Shown here piece by piece: positions 51,327 through 64,000 of a stretch of 64,000 bases of DNA. This stretch comes from Chrysomallon squamiferum (Eukaryota > Animalia > Mollusca): assembly GCA_012295275.1 (NCBI GenBank), contig CM022676.1:1364001-1428000 (forward strand). The letters are read 5' to 3'. The translations under genes and the position numbers were made by a program. Below the pieces are notes generated by a model, which made no database searches, was not told the origin of the DNA, and saw only the letters and a list, made by a program, of their open reading frames with translations. The first letter of the stretch is position 1; every line of letters begins with the position of its first letter.

Positions 51327-53250
51327 CTGTAACTAAATAATATTGTAGGAGAAAACTAAATAATATATCTAAAAATATCTATTAATTTTATTTTTGTTGT
51401 TAGAACTATTTCTATTTTTATTTTATTTTTTTGTAGCAGTAAAGCTTCTTTGATTAATGTTGTCTGATTAATGTTGATCTTTTCACATTGTTTTTACATA
51501 ATGAACATATAGCTTGGAACTTTGAATGAATTAATTATATAATGTCAGTTTCGCAATCTAAAATGACAGATGTACAGAGTTTAAACTGTTTCTGGATGGT
51601 GATTTTAAAAATGTATTCAAAATCAATTAAAATCTGTTATAACACACACACACATTTAAAGTTTACATGTGATGTGGTTTCATATCATAAAAGTTATTAT
51701 TTTTATTTTGTTTGCTGTTTATGGTGCCATAGCTTTTAAACCTTGTTTTTTTATCTATTTTATTATTGTTGTTCTTTTTGTTATTGATGGTCTTGTTAGG
51801 TGCTCAAAAGTGATTTTCAATTTGGGAAATTCAAGGTTGACTACACTTGACTATAGTTCCAAAGTTATGGATTTTTTAATATTGCCATTTTGAAGAAATC
51901 TGTGTTTATAATCTTGTTTCATACTATGTCATACTATGTGTTCCAAACTCTGCAAAGTATATTTACATTGATATATAAAGATAAAGTTGGCAAAATCAGA
52001 AACATAATTAATGGTGGCTCTCAAAGACATTTCTGATTGATGTTACATTGTGATTATTTTTGTAACATTTATGCAATAAACATAACAATAAAGATACAAG
52101 CATCAGTAGAAATAAGTTGAAACAGTATGGAAGACCAAAAATAGAAGTGCTTTGGAATACCTTCACAGAGACACGCTGACAGGGAGAGATATAGATACAT
52201 AGATGGATATGCAGATCAGTATATAGACAGATTGATAGCCATATGTATATTTGTAAGGGAATATTGGTAGGTTGGTATTTAGGGAGGTAGGTATGAAGAC
52301 AGCTGATAAATTGCTATAGTTTAGGTTAAATTGATAATTGTGGATAGATACACAGACAGCTATGCAGGCATATATTGATATAGGTAAGTAGGTAGATGAA
52401 TAGGTATATAGATACCTAAATACCTATTTATCTACCTACTTACCTATATCAGTCTATGTAGGCAGATGTGACTGATCTGACAAATGCTAGACAGTTAAGA
52501 AGTGGTTATAGATAGTCATGATGAGAGTGCAGACACACACACAAACACAGAGACTGAGAGACAGAGAGAGAGAGTAGATTAAAGAGGTCATACAGATACA
52601 TGGAGAGATGTATAGCAGGTAGGAGGGTAGATGTACAGACACATTGATAGATGGATCAGTAAATATGAATGGACCAGTATATAAATAAGGAATAAATACA
52701 GATATTTGAGTTCCTGTTGTTATTGTTTTATGATTATTTGTTGTAACATAGTCTGAACTCCTGTGATCTACTTTGAACATTTTCGTTAGTGTTCTTTGTT
52801 TACAATGTAATCCCATATTTTGTTTCATTTTATTTAATCTTTAAATTTTAAAATCACATAATTGACTTTCAAAAGTTATATAATTTCTGACACCTGCTCA
52901 GGTTCCTTATAATTATAAAATGTTTAGCTTTACCCATTCCTGGATTGGATAAAAAATCAAAAACAATGTGTCTGTAATTGTAACAATAAAAATAAATAAA
53001 TATATTATTAAATAAATAATAAATTTACCTGAATTAACTGCTTCTTCTGGGATAAAAATAACAACAATTTTAAACTGTCAAGTTTTTATTTGTTTCATAC
53101 AGCACGGAGGGCAGTTTCATGGTGTGCAAACTAGTAAATGTTCTTTTCATTAACCTATTTACTTTATATTTCAGTTATTTATTTCAATTTTGTATTTATT
53201 TATTTTATTTTTTTTTTAATTATTATTTTTATGATTTATTTTTAGTTTGA

Positions 53251-53286
<36 letters not shown>

Positions 53287-54749
53287 CATTTTTTTATTAT
53301 TATTTTTTGATGATGGAATTTCCTAATTGCATTTTAAAATAATGTCTTCAGAATTATTTTATTTGTTCCATTGCATCAATACTGAAAACCTTTACCAAAA
53401 TGGTCTCGCCCAATGAATATGTTTGTATTGACTGGCAGTAGTTGACAAATTTCACGAGTCTCTGTTATTTAACATAGGTTATAGTTAGTTTGTGTATAAA
53501 CATCCGGAAATCAAAAACCCCACAGTTATTGTGACATAGAACAGATGTTCAAATTAAAATAATAATAATAATTATAAATATAAAATTAAAATAATTAGAA
53601 AGTTTTATTTGAATTCAGTTCAGAATTGTTCTTATAATAGAATAATAATTATTTATAATGATAATAATATTTTATTAGTACTTATTAAATATATAGTTAA
53701 CTGCTATTATTGATTATATTCAATTTAAAAAAAAAAATCGCTTTGGACTAACATTAAATTTTTAAAAAAAGAGAAAAAAAGTGACCATCTTATTTTGGCA
53801 TTTGTATGTCAACCAACGTAAAACCAAAGGATATTTTTATTTATACCTGAAATTAAATCCGCTGATGTAAATCTTAATAGACTGCATGTGCATGGGTGTC
53901 AAATAATAATAAAAAGACATTATTAACTTCCATTTTTCAAAATACCATATTTTAGTTATTAATTTATTTAACATTTTAAAAATAGTTATTTACATCCATC
54001 AAAATATGTATTTTATTTAAACATATGGATACACATTGCTATCTGTCTGTCTAAATTTTCCAGAAAATGTACATTCCAATACGTTATGTTTGGTTCATTA
54101 ATAAAAAAAAATGAAAAGAAAAGAAAAGAAAAGTAACAATAAAATGAATACCTATAAATAAAAAATGAAAATGAAAAAGAATATTTTTTTTTTACTTTTC
54201 ACTGAAAAAATGAAAATAAAATAAAATATATTTATTTTACACACACACATGCACACACACGCTGTGGTGATTTTAAATCCATGATAATAAACAAAACCGT
54301 AACATATTTTCAAGCTGGGTTGTGGGATTATCATATTTACTTCTTCAGCTTTACTGTAAACAAAAAGAAAGAAATGTTTAGTAACCTTCCATTGTTTATG
54401 AAATTGAAAATTATTTACATAAACATGATTAGAATCTTCCAAAAATGCAATTTCTACAGTTTAAAAAAGCACATTAATTTACATTTTTCAATTTTTAAAG
54501 ACAAATAATAACTCCCCCTCTACCTCTAAATATATGTAATGAAATATTACGTCATTGCCATACAGTTTGCTGGTTTTGTTACCCATCATTATCATGAATA
54601 AAAAAACACGTAGCTCTAATGCTACTAATTGAAAGATAAACTGTTTTGCTTTGTTAAATTATCGACAGAGAAGGTTATAAAATAAGCAGATGTACTACCA
54701 ATAAAAATCTTAAAAACTTTGCTAATCTCATTTTTATCTTATAAAGGCT

Positions 54750-55265
54750 ATTCCTTATACTTTCTGAATGGGTGCATTTAATATTAAAATATATTATTAT
54801 TATCTCTATTAATGTTGCTGTCATTGCCATTGTAAAGGGGTTGTTCCTAATATTTTAGTTGCATTCATCATTCTTTTGCTTTTTATTAACTATTATTCAC
54901 ATTTTCTTATTATTCAAATCCTGTACTAAAATGTATTATTACTATTTCTATTGATATCACCATCATTAGCAACAGTGTTGATCCTACTTCTCATTACTGT
55001 TTAGCACTTTTTATTAAATATTCTTCATACTTTCTGAACGGGCACAGCACCTACTAAAATACATATTGTAAATTCTGTTAATGTCATTGAGTTGCTGTCA
55101 TAACGGCATTGTTCTCAACGTTCTTGGTGATCTTCTCCTTATTCTTTTGCTTGTTATTAACTATTATTCAAACTTTTTTAGCATTCAGATCCTATACTAA
55201 ACTCTATTAATGCTATTTCTATTAATATCGCCATATTTTTCTGTGTTAACGGCATTGATCCTAGC
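54750..55265. repeat. Diverged about 270-bp tandem duplication
   Basis: Shared blocks atactttctgaa.ggg, attcttttgctt.ttattaactattattca, ttgatccta in both halves. Confidence 0.75.
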
Positions 55266-55595
55266 TTTGTTGGAGTGATATTTTGGGTGATTTGACACAG
55301 AATGACCCATAACTATCTTCTGCTGTCTATCTAAGTTTATGAGTATAATATACCTACTTGTCTCATTTGCTATCTATACATAATTCTATTTCCTTTCATC
55401 CACCTTTCATCTGGCTATTTGCTTACAGTGAGAAAAAGTAGTTTTGAGAAATGTAGTTGGATTTCTATATCTTTCATTACATTCCTCTATGGCTTTCTAC
55501 TTAACTTTGTTCCTTTCTATCAATCTATTGATCTGTTTATAAATATTTGTATAATCTGTCAGTCTCTCCATCAGTCTGTCTGTCTCTCTCTGTTT

Positions 55596-55638
<43 letters not shown>

Positions 55639-58549
55639 AACATATCAACTGACACAGCTAGTGACCTACCTACATAACTGCCTATCTTATCTATTTTTCT
55701 TGTATATATCCATCAACTGTACAATCCAGATTACAATGAACGTCTGTCAGTCATCTATCAATCCATCTCCTTGCTTACCTATCTACATAACCTTCCATCA
55801 AATCTCCCTCATTTTCTATTGATCAGTACATAGTTCTGTATATCTACCTATCAATTTATTTTATTTTTTGAAAAATGTGTTTTTTAATGTTCATTTTACA
55901 CTATAAGATTTCGCTGTTTATTGTGAATGAAACAGGATTTTTGAAATGAATATATATATTCCATTGTTGATAATGAAAAATGCAGACTATTTTGAGTTAA
56001 TTTTCATATTCATTAGACTTATTTTATAAACTTAACATTTTACAGCCAAAATTTAATACATTTATTATAATTTAATATATTATTATTATTATTATTATTT
56101 TTATACTCTCATTCAACAAACTTATTCTCTTTTTTTTGGAAAACAAAAATAATACCATTAATAACTCCTAATTAGTGAAAATTTATTATAAAATTTAATA
56201 TGATCTTTAAAAATAATTTTACTTTTCTTGATCCCATTTGTTTTTCTTTTTTCATAAGAAAATAAAGTTTGCTGTCCAAAAAATATTTTTTAAAATGTAA
56301 TTATTAAGTAAGAATGAAAGACGACAAATGTTAATTTAAAAAGAACAAAACATTTTTTATTTTTTTTCATTGTAAAAGTAGTATAACTTACTGCTTCAGT
56401 TAATTATAACTATTTTGTCCTGTGTGGACTGAAAAAACAAATTAACTGACAAATAAATAAAAATAATAAATCATTAAATTCTTGCAGTGCAGAAAAACAA
56501 ATAAGAATATTTATGAAAATGAAAATTGATATAAATATTAATATCCTATTTCAATTGTTGATTTGTTCTGTCCTGTTTCTTTGTCTGTTTTGATGATATA
56601 TATAATATTATTAATAAATGAATAGTTCTTATTATACCATCTGCTTTTATTATTTAAAATGTTTTGTAGCAGACATAAAGTGACATGCCAGTCAAAAACA
56701 GGTCTCAATTATGTCATTAGTTTCACACTATCAAAAAAATCTACCATGCATGAAAATAATTGAGACAAAGATGAAGTAAAAATGACACTAATTTCACTGT
56801 TCAGCAAGCATTATAATATTATTTTAGATGTCATAATATGTGGCAGTTTCAGCAGCTGGAAAATAATGAATGATCCTATTTCAATTGAGATTGTTAAAAA
56901 ATATTGCCAGATAATATATTCAATTGTTTTCAGTTGCACTCATAGCTCTCCAAGTAGAATTAAATTTAAATATGTATAATTAATTCTTATGTTTTCCTAT
57001 AAAAAGCTTTGGATACTATCACCGCTATTAACTATAATGATACATTTTTTATTGAGTGATCTTTAAAAAACTTTTCTGATGAATACATCAGCTTACTTCA
57101 TCACAATCTTGCAAAAGTTTCTGCCAGTAACTTGAAATAGCATATCAGTAATTTTTCTTTGATTTATTAGTAACAGAGGACCGTCTGCACTATTTATCTA
57201 ATATTTATGATATTTTATTAAAGTTTTTATGCCTGCATAATAAAAAATATCAAAGTTTATAGTGTTCATATGACAGTGTTGCTATATTGTACTATGTGCA
57301 CTAAAAAAGGAATACCCTACACTATGTAAATGTTTAGATTTTTGATCATTTTCTGTTTTTCATAGCTTACAGTTACGCAGATCTTGTTTATGGAACTGGA
57401 AAATATAATTAAAAATATGGAGGAGTTTCTATATTAATATTAATTAACAAATTATGTTGAGAGTTATTAATAAAATATTGTTATTTTCATTAATTTTAAA
57501 TTTTGTTGTATAAACTCTGCTTCTGATAACTTGAGAATAAAAGACAAAGCATGCCTTTTCTTCTTTTTTAAATTTTTTATCAGCATATTTAAACTTGAGA
57601 TTATTTTGTAATACAAGCACTGTTCATCAAAAATAAATTGAGACTGACCAAAAATAATATGATATTTACAGTGAAGAATATTGCTATAAGCACTGATAAT
57701 TTTTTACAAGATGTAATGTTAATACCATCTGCACTATTTACCTTGTTTATTACCATTTTATTGTCTACATGTAGAATGTAGTCATATTTACTTCTGGTAC
57801 TAGCATTTTATATTATAGAAGAAGCCCAGAATGTTTAATAAATATGGAACATAGCTAACAAAATAGTGAATGAATAAAATATAACAAAATCTCAGTGTAT
57901 TCACTAAAAACAGTTCTATTAGCAGTAATTATAAAATTGGCATTCAATAAATTTGCAGAAAATTATTCATGCTATTAAATTATGATGTTTATAATAAAAT
58001 TTCCTTTTTCTCCGTAACCTTTTACTGTGCAATGTCTCCAGCATCTCTCCCTTTGCTGATTACTGCATGATGTACATAATAAAATCACTGCCCCATTATG
58101 TAGTTTTTATTAAAATAAAACCTCACGTTACTTTTTACTCTATTGCTAGTAACCAAATGATAAATACTGTTGTGTTATTCAAGATATCGGCAGAAATTTA
58201 GGTTAGGCTTTTAGGCAAGAAGTGAGAATTAATTACATAGTGATTCCTTTGAAAGTCCTTTTTATGTGAACATTTTTAGAGTGAAAGGGCTTTATCACTA
58301 GAAATTAATGTGCTTTTCTGTTCCAAAACATATTAGAGTGATAATTACACATGCAGCGTAATTTCAAATGGTGCTATCTTCTTTAATTAACAAATATTGC
58401 AAAAACATGAGATACATTTTGTTATCTATCACAGTTTATGATTTATAATTACATCTTCTAGAGTCATAACAGTTACATTAAAAAGTTGAGATATATTAAT
58501 GTGAGTAATGTTGTATGAATGAATAAATTGAGTTTCAACTATAATAATG

Positions 58550-58586
<37 letters not shown>

Positions 58587-59073
58587 TGAGAACAATGAAA
58601 AGAAGACATTTGGAATACTTCAAAGAGCTTTCTTGTGAATATTACAGATCTGACAAACTCAGTGATCTTGGAAATTTCATGACAGGAAAACTTGATTTTA
58701 ATGACTAAAAAAACCATTTCTAGTTAGGATTCCATGGTAGACTGACAGCTGATACCCTGTGAGGATGTACGTTTCTCTACAGCAGCTGGTTTTTTTTTTT
58801 ATCTTATTTAATTTGTTCCTTTCTCCTTTCATTTTCATATTTGAGTAAACATATTTGTCTGGTGATCTGTTTAGGTTTTGTTCTTTTTAAATTTTCATTG
58901 TTCAAAAAGAAATCCATTTAGGAAAAACCAACATATAAATAACAATAGCAATAAATAAAAATAAAAAAACATCAAGAACTATGAATATTAAAAGTATAAC
59001 AAATTCAAAGTGAAAATATAATAATAATAATAATAATAATAAAATTCAAATAAAAATATAATAATAATAATAA

Positions 59074-59108
<35 letters not shown>

Positions 59109-60201
59109 AGATAACTGAATAAATATAGATTTTAATTTATTCTATTCCGTAAATCAATTTATCATTTAAGTGATGGTTTTTCAATAAAGCAAACAAGAGC
59201 TCTTTGTTTATCGAAACAATTTGACGTCAGTTTTATGTATATGTAACAGGTGCTGCGCTCAATTCAAATTAAAAAAAAACAAGAAAAAAAAAACACATTT
59301 ATTTAAATGAAGTAATCTAATACTGCTCTCTAGTGATGGAAATAGGTTTAGGAACCTGGGTAGGTGGAGGTTGGTAAAAAAAACCCAATGAAACTGTCAA
59401 ATTACATGTGGATTATAAACATAAAAAAATAATGTATAAAGAAATATAATTTAATTTCAGGTGTTACTTATTATTATTTTTTTTTCACCTGTTTTAAATT
59501 ATTACATTGGATAATTAATTACTTTATTTAACAGGAGCTAGTATCAAAAATTAATCTAGATAGCTGGTTTTTGTTTTTTTAAAGTCTGCTAAATAAATTG
59601 ATTTTATACTTTATTTGCTGAGATTTTTTCTATTTTATGCATTCATATACAGGCACATAAATGCACGCAGTCACATAACACACATACTAGACAAAACAAA
59701 ACACAGAAAATGACACATATACAAACATTACAATAAACAACAGAAAATACACGTTTTATCATGTTTTTATCATGAAATTCTGAATGCATTCACAGACCTA
59801 TATCAGAATACTGGATAGAGTAGAAATTATCATCAGAAGTGTATTAATCATCATTTGTGTCATCTTTTATACAGAAAAGCATTTTTAAAATCATTTTCGT
59901 TGAAATTATCATTCTTTGTGTCAGAAAATGTTTACAGAAATTATCTATATCAGACAATACTTAATGGCAAAGAAAACTTAACCTCTGTAATCAGGGAAAA
60001 AACTGGATATATTATTAACAATACTGCTTTATTATCAGACAAAAGAAAATATTAATGTCTATACAAGAAAATACTGGATACAATATTAAGATAAGTTGGG
60101 CAAAAGAAAATATGTCAGAAAATACTGAATTTATTATTAATAATGTTATGTTATCCCCATACAAACTGGACAAGAGAAAATACTATTCTCTCAGAATGTA
60201 C

Positions 60202-60340
60202 CTGATAGAACTGTAATTGAAAACAATATTCTTTCATCAGATAAGCTACACAATTGCTGCCATCAATTCTACCATCAGTGTACATGGGGTGAGCTAAATC
60301 TTCAGCTTGTCTTGCTTTCATCCTCTTCTCCACTTCTTGT
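60202..60340 (-). CDS. Orphan exon QEVEKRMKARQAEDLAHPMYTDGRIDGSNCVAYLMKEYCFQLQFYQ (unidentified gene or pseudogene)
   Basis: ttttctcag acceptor, CAG|gtacat donor, open phase 2-0; joins in phase with a 24-nt exon at 61302-61325. Confidence 0.4.
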
Positions 60341-60399
60341 CTGAGAAAACCATTTCAGTATTTAATATTAATTAGGTATTGGTTTGTATAGTTTGTTAT

Positions 60400-60473
60400 A
60401 TTTGCCTTTGTTTGTCACCCAGTAGCTGATATTTTTCATGCTGGGGTGGCCTTAAACATTTATTCATTCATTT
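60400..60473 (+). mobile_element. SINE 3' tail fragment
   Basis: gtttgtcacccagtagctgat..tgctggggtggccttaaacatttattcattcatt resembles gastropod SINE 3' ends with a (CATT)n tail (recognised from memory). Confidence 0.5.
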
Positions 60474-61091
60474 GTATAGTTTGTAAAAACAATGGCTATC
60501 AAAAATCTCAGTTATTTAAAGATAAGCTTTCATTCCTGGCCATTTCACAAAAAGAATTGACATAATTTTATAAGCAAATGATACCAATGCATATAATTAC
60601 AAATGAAATGATTTTTTTTTTTCTGTGAGCCTTCCCATGAGCATCAAGGCAAAAAACAGCTCCTTAGTTTAAATCAGATGTAGAACAGACACACCTAGGT
60701 ATCATAATTATGCATTATGAACAGAGAAAGAGAATGAAAGAAAGTAAGAAAGTGAAAGAGAGAATCAGAAAGGCTAGGAGAAAATTAGAGATAAGTAAAA
60801 AGATTATGACATCATGCCTGACTTTTGCCTCCAGTTCTGAACTTTAATGTTAATTCTTGACACTATGACTGGTCGTCCAAATATCTCAGCCTAGATAACA
60901 ATAAACACGTTACAGAACCAGACATCAGTATCCATGCTATTATTTTAATAGTCATAGCTGTAATACAAGTAGTAATAATAAAAGTAATACATTATAATAA
61001 CAATTGTAAATAATAGTAATCAGTAATAATAATATTTTAATAATAGTAATAGTAGTAGTAATAAAAAAAGAAATATATAACACTAATAATA

Positions 61092-61131
<40 letters not shown>

Positions 61132-61817
61132 TGTTTAAATAATAATCACAATAAGCTATTATATTAACAATAAAATTCACAATTAAATAACAGAATTCCA
61201 AAAGAAGAAGAAAAGAATGAATGCCACTTTAATTTATTAACAATCAAGAATTATAAAAAAAAAAAAAAATCAAGAACAAAGAATAGAATTAAAATATCTA
61301 CTTGGCTTTCTCTGAATTTTTCTCACTAGGACAGACATTTAATTAAAAAAAAAATATAAAAAAAATATAGAAAAACATATCTTCACCTTCATAAGAGCTA
61401 TTTCCTCTACAGTGCAGACTGCCTCCTCACTGGTGCGGGAAGTCGACAGATCTGTTTTGTTTAGTTTAGACATATCTAATTGGTTTGTAGTTCTGCACTG
61501 CAGTTATGAGACGCTGTTTTTTTAACAACGAGATGAGAGTAGGGCTTCCAAAACGTGAGCAGTGTGTAATGGAAGTCAAATTGCACCAAGTGGATGGTTA
61601 CTGGCAAGCTCCAGCACGAAAACCCCAACACCACACCATCAATGCCTGAATCCGCTCTCTGAAAGATGAGCTGATGAACAACACACGGAGAACACAGATC
61701 ACATAGGAAAACTTCTACACTGCGAGAACAAAATATGTTTTTGAACAACAAACTACAAATACAAATACTGTTATAACTAAAATTTATTTTAAAAATAATT
61801 CTATCTATGTAATATTC

Positions 61818-61945
61818 TTGCTATGGGAAAATGCATATAAAAGATCCCTTGCTGGGGTTTTTTTTGGGAACAAGTAGCGCATTCAGTGGGTTTCTTATTA
61901 TTATCTCCATGATCCTTAACCATATAATGTGATGCCAATATAATT
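61818..61945 (+). mobile_element. MESC/Meta-domain SINE fragment
   Basis: tgggaaaatgcatataaaagatcccttgctg...gtagc...gggtttc...ccttaaccatat matches the conserved core of molluscan SINEs. Confidence 0.65.
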
Positions 61946-62283
61946 AATTAATTAATTTATTAGTACTGTAATAGCAACAATGTAACCAGTGGTGTAACTA
62001 GCTCGATCAGTATAGAATTCCTATGGGATACTTGACACATAGGATCAAACCTCTTTAGTGGCCCCATTATGGTTTTGGTGTGTGTAAGTGTGTGTTTGAC
62101 AGTGGAGGCTTTGAAGATGAATTCTATTTTGTATGGCTTGTTCATTTTATAATCATATTTAAAGAAATATTTATATATAAGACCATCTACTTTTAATATA
62201 ATCAATATTTTTACTTCAGAAAATATAAAAGCTTTAAGGAATCTTGATAAATATATAATTTAATTTGTAACTACGTATATATA

Positions 62284-63725
62284 TAGTCTACCAAAAAAGA
62301 AATGCAAAATGGTTGATTTCTTAGATAACTATTGTAAACTGACACATATCGATGTACAAACTATGAATATAATGACATTTGGTGATTTAAATGTACAGCT
62401 TTTGTTACAGTCGCCAAAAAGCAATAAATAAAGGCTATGATCATGTTTATTAGCCAAAACGTCCCCCATGCAAACCACGTTACCAGTGCATGTTCACGTG
62501 CAGCACATCAAACTTGAATATGAGGGTTATAAAAATGCAAGATTTTGGAATACTTCTGTTCATTATTTTTGTTCTGACCCAACATCAAACAAATGCCACA
62601 ACTGAGTGAACGCATCAAAACAACACCATTGGCCATTTACAAGCTGGCGAATCCTTCTTGGCCATAGCCCAGGTGTTCCATGTATCCCCAAGCACCATCT
62701 TGAGAATGTGGTATGGGTTCCAGCAACACCAAACAACACATGACTGTCCCAGATCAGGTAGACCACGTGAAACCACCAGGGCCCAGGCCCACTACATACG
62801 GGTACTTCATCTACAGGAAAGAACCATAACAGCAACCTCTACTGCTTCAGGAATACCAGGTCTGCTTAGATTATCAGCTCAGACAGTGCGTAATCGTTTA
62901 TGCGAGGCAGGTATTCGAGCCAGACGGCCTGTAAGAAGAGTGGTTTTGACTAAACAACATCATCGACTACAACATCAGTGGTGTCAAGTGCACAGAATCT
63001 GGCCTCAATTACGATGGAAAACTATCTCGATTTCTGCTTCGTCGAGTTTACAGACATTGTGGTGAATGTTTTGCTGCAAACTGCATACAGGAAGCGGACA
63101 GATTTGGCTGTGGTAGTGTGATGGTGTGGGCAGCAATCTCATACACTGGCAGGACCAATCTGGTTCACATCCAAGGCAACTTAACGGCACAGAGATACCG
63201 AGATGAAATTATGCAGCCACGTGTTGCTCCAATTATGAATATGGTAACACTGTATTCCAGCACGTCAATGCGAGTCCACATACAGCCAGACTCACTACAA
63301 CATACACAACAACATTCAGGTCCTGCCCTGGCCCTCTAAATATCCTGATCTAAACCCTATAGAGCATTTATGGGATGAGTTGGATAAACGACTGAGGCAG
63401 CACCAACCACAGCCACAGAATTGTGCTCAGTTGGCATTATTACTACAGAGTGGGCCACCATTCCACAAGGTGTAATTCATAATGTCATTACTGCCATGGG
63501 AAGGATATGTCAGGCAGTTCTGGACTCCCATGGTGGGCACACAAGGTATTGATATTATACTGTTATAACCTTGAACTTTAACCTTTTCAATACAATATCA
63601 TCAATATTAATGAATTGCGAAAGTGTGTGTAAAATGTGAACATTCTGCTGCATTTTGTTGATCCATTTGATAGATATTCCCAATGTCAATAAAATCTACC
63701 TTTGCGTTTCTTTTTTGTAAGAGTA
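62284..63725 (+). mobile_element. Tc1-family DNA transposon, full length, decayed
   Basis: Imperfect TIRs TAGTCTACCAAAAAAGAAATGCAAA / TTTGCGTTTCTTTTTTGTAAGAGTA in TA context. Confidence 0.92.
62593..63552 (+). pseudogene. Tc1 (DD34E-type) transposase pseudogene
   Basis: HTH ..HVSPSTI.., RSGRPR.TT, SAQTVRNRL.EAG.RARRP, GSVMVWAAI, FQH(V)[25 protein letters not shown]. The first catalytic Asp region is deleted and there are several frameshifts. Confidence 0.93.
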
Positions 63726-64000
63726 TATACACACACACAAACACACATATATGTACTTATATATACATATATATATATACATACATATATACATATAAAT
63801 ATATATATATAACAACTATATGTTTATATTTTTATTATCCTAATTCTTACATTTCATTTTTTTATTTTTCCTGTATTTGTATACTGTAACCTATTACACA
63901 ACTGTTTGTGTTTTATAACTGTATTCTTGTCTGTTCTGTGTTTATAGCTGACTTTGGCAAATAAATAAACTAAACTGAAATTGTATTGTAGTAATAGTAG

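Noticed and set aside
56650-58780. Coding-looking patches (SKAF motif; MKRRHLEYFKEL ORF)
   Set aside because: No consistent frame, splice chain or recognisable domain

Overview
AT-rich, intron-rich animal genomic DNA. It is probably molluscan/lophotrochozoan, inferred from MESC/Meta-type SINE fragments and the TE repertoire. Bases 709-17022 (+) hold the 3' 20 coding exons (about 706 aa, N-terminus outside the window) of a SID1 transmembrane family gene (SIDT1/2-like). Every junction was phase-checked by hand, and the Zn-binding SxxxH/HxxWH motifs and the [13 protein letters not shown]-terminus are intact. The most unusual signal is that several SIDT splice junctions have themselves been tandemly amplified. 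A 40-bp array gives about 9 decoy acceptors (TAG|GT), and a 52-bp array gives about 29 acceptor + 12-nt in-frame KTPR + GT units. Both arrays read as chains of 40-nt GT..AG segments. A candidate 63-nt cassette exon adds dileucine and YxxPhi sorting motifs to the cytosolic loop. The rest (17-64 kb) has no intact recognisable gene. It contains a full-length decayed hAT/Buster element with an 8-bp TSD inside one copy of a 1-kb tandem duplication, a decayed Tc1, a Tigger/pogo-type non-autonomous element and hAT derivatives. It also has MULE and LINE remnants, minisatellites, local duplications and several sets of orphan or pseudo-exons.
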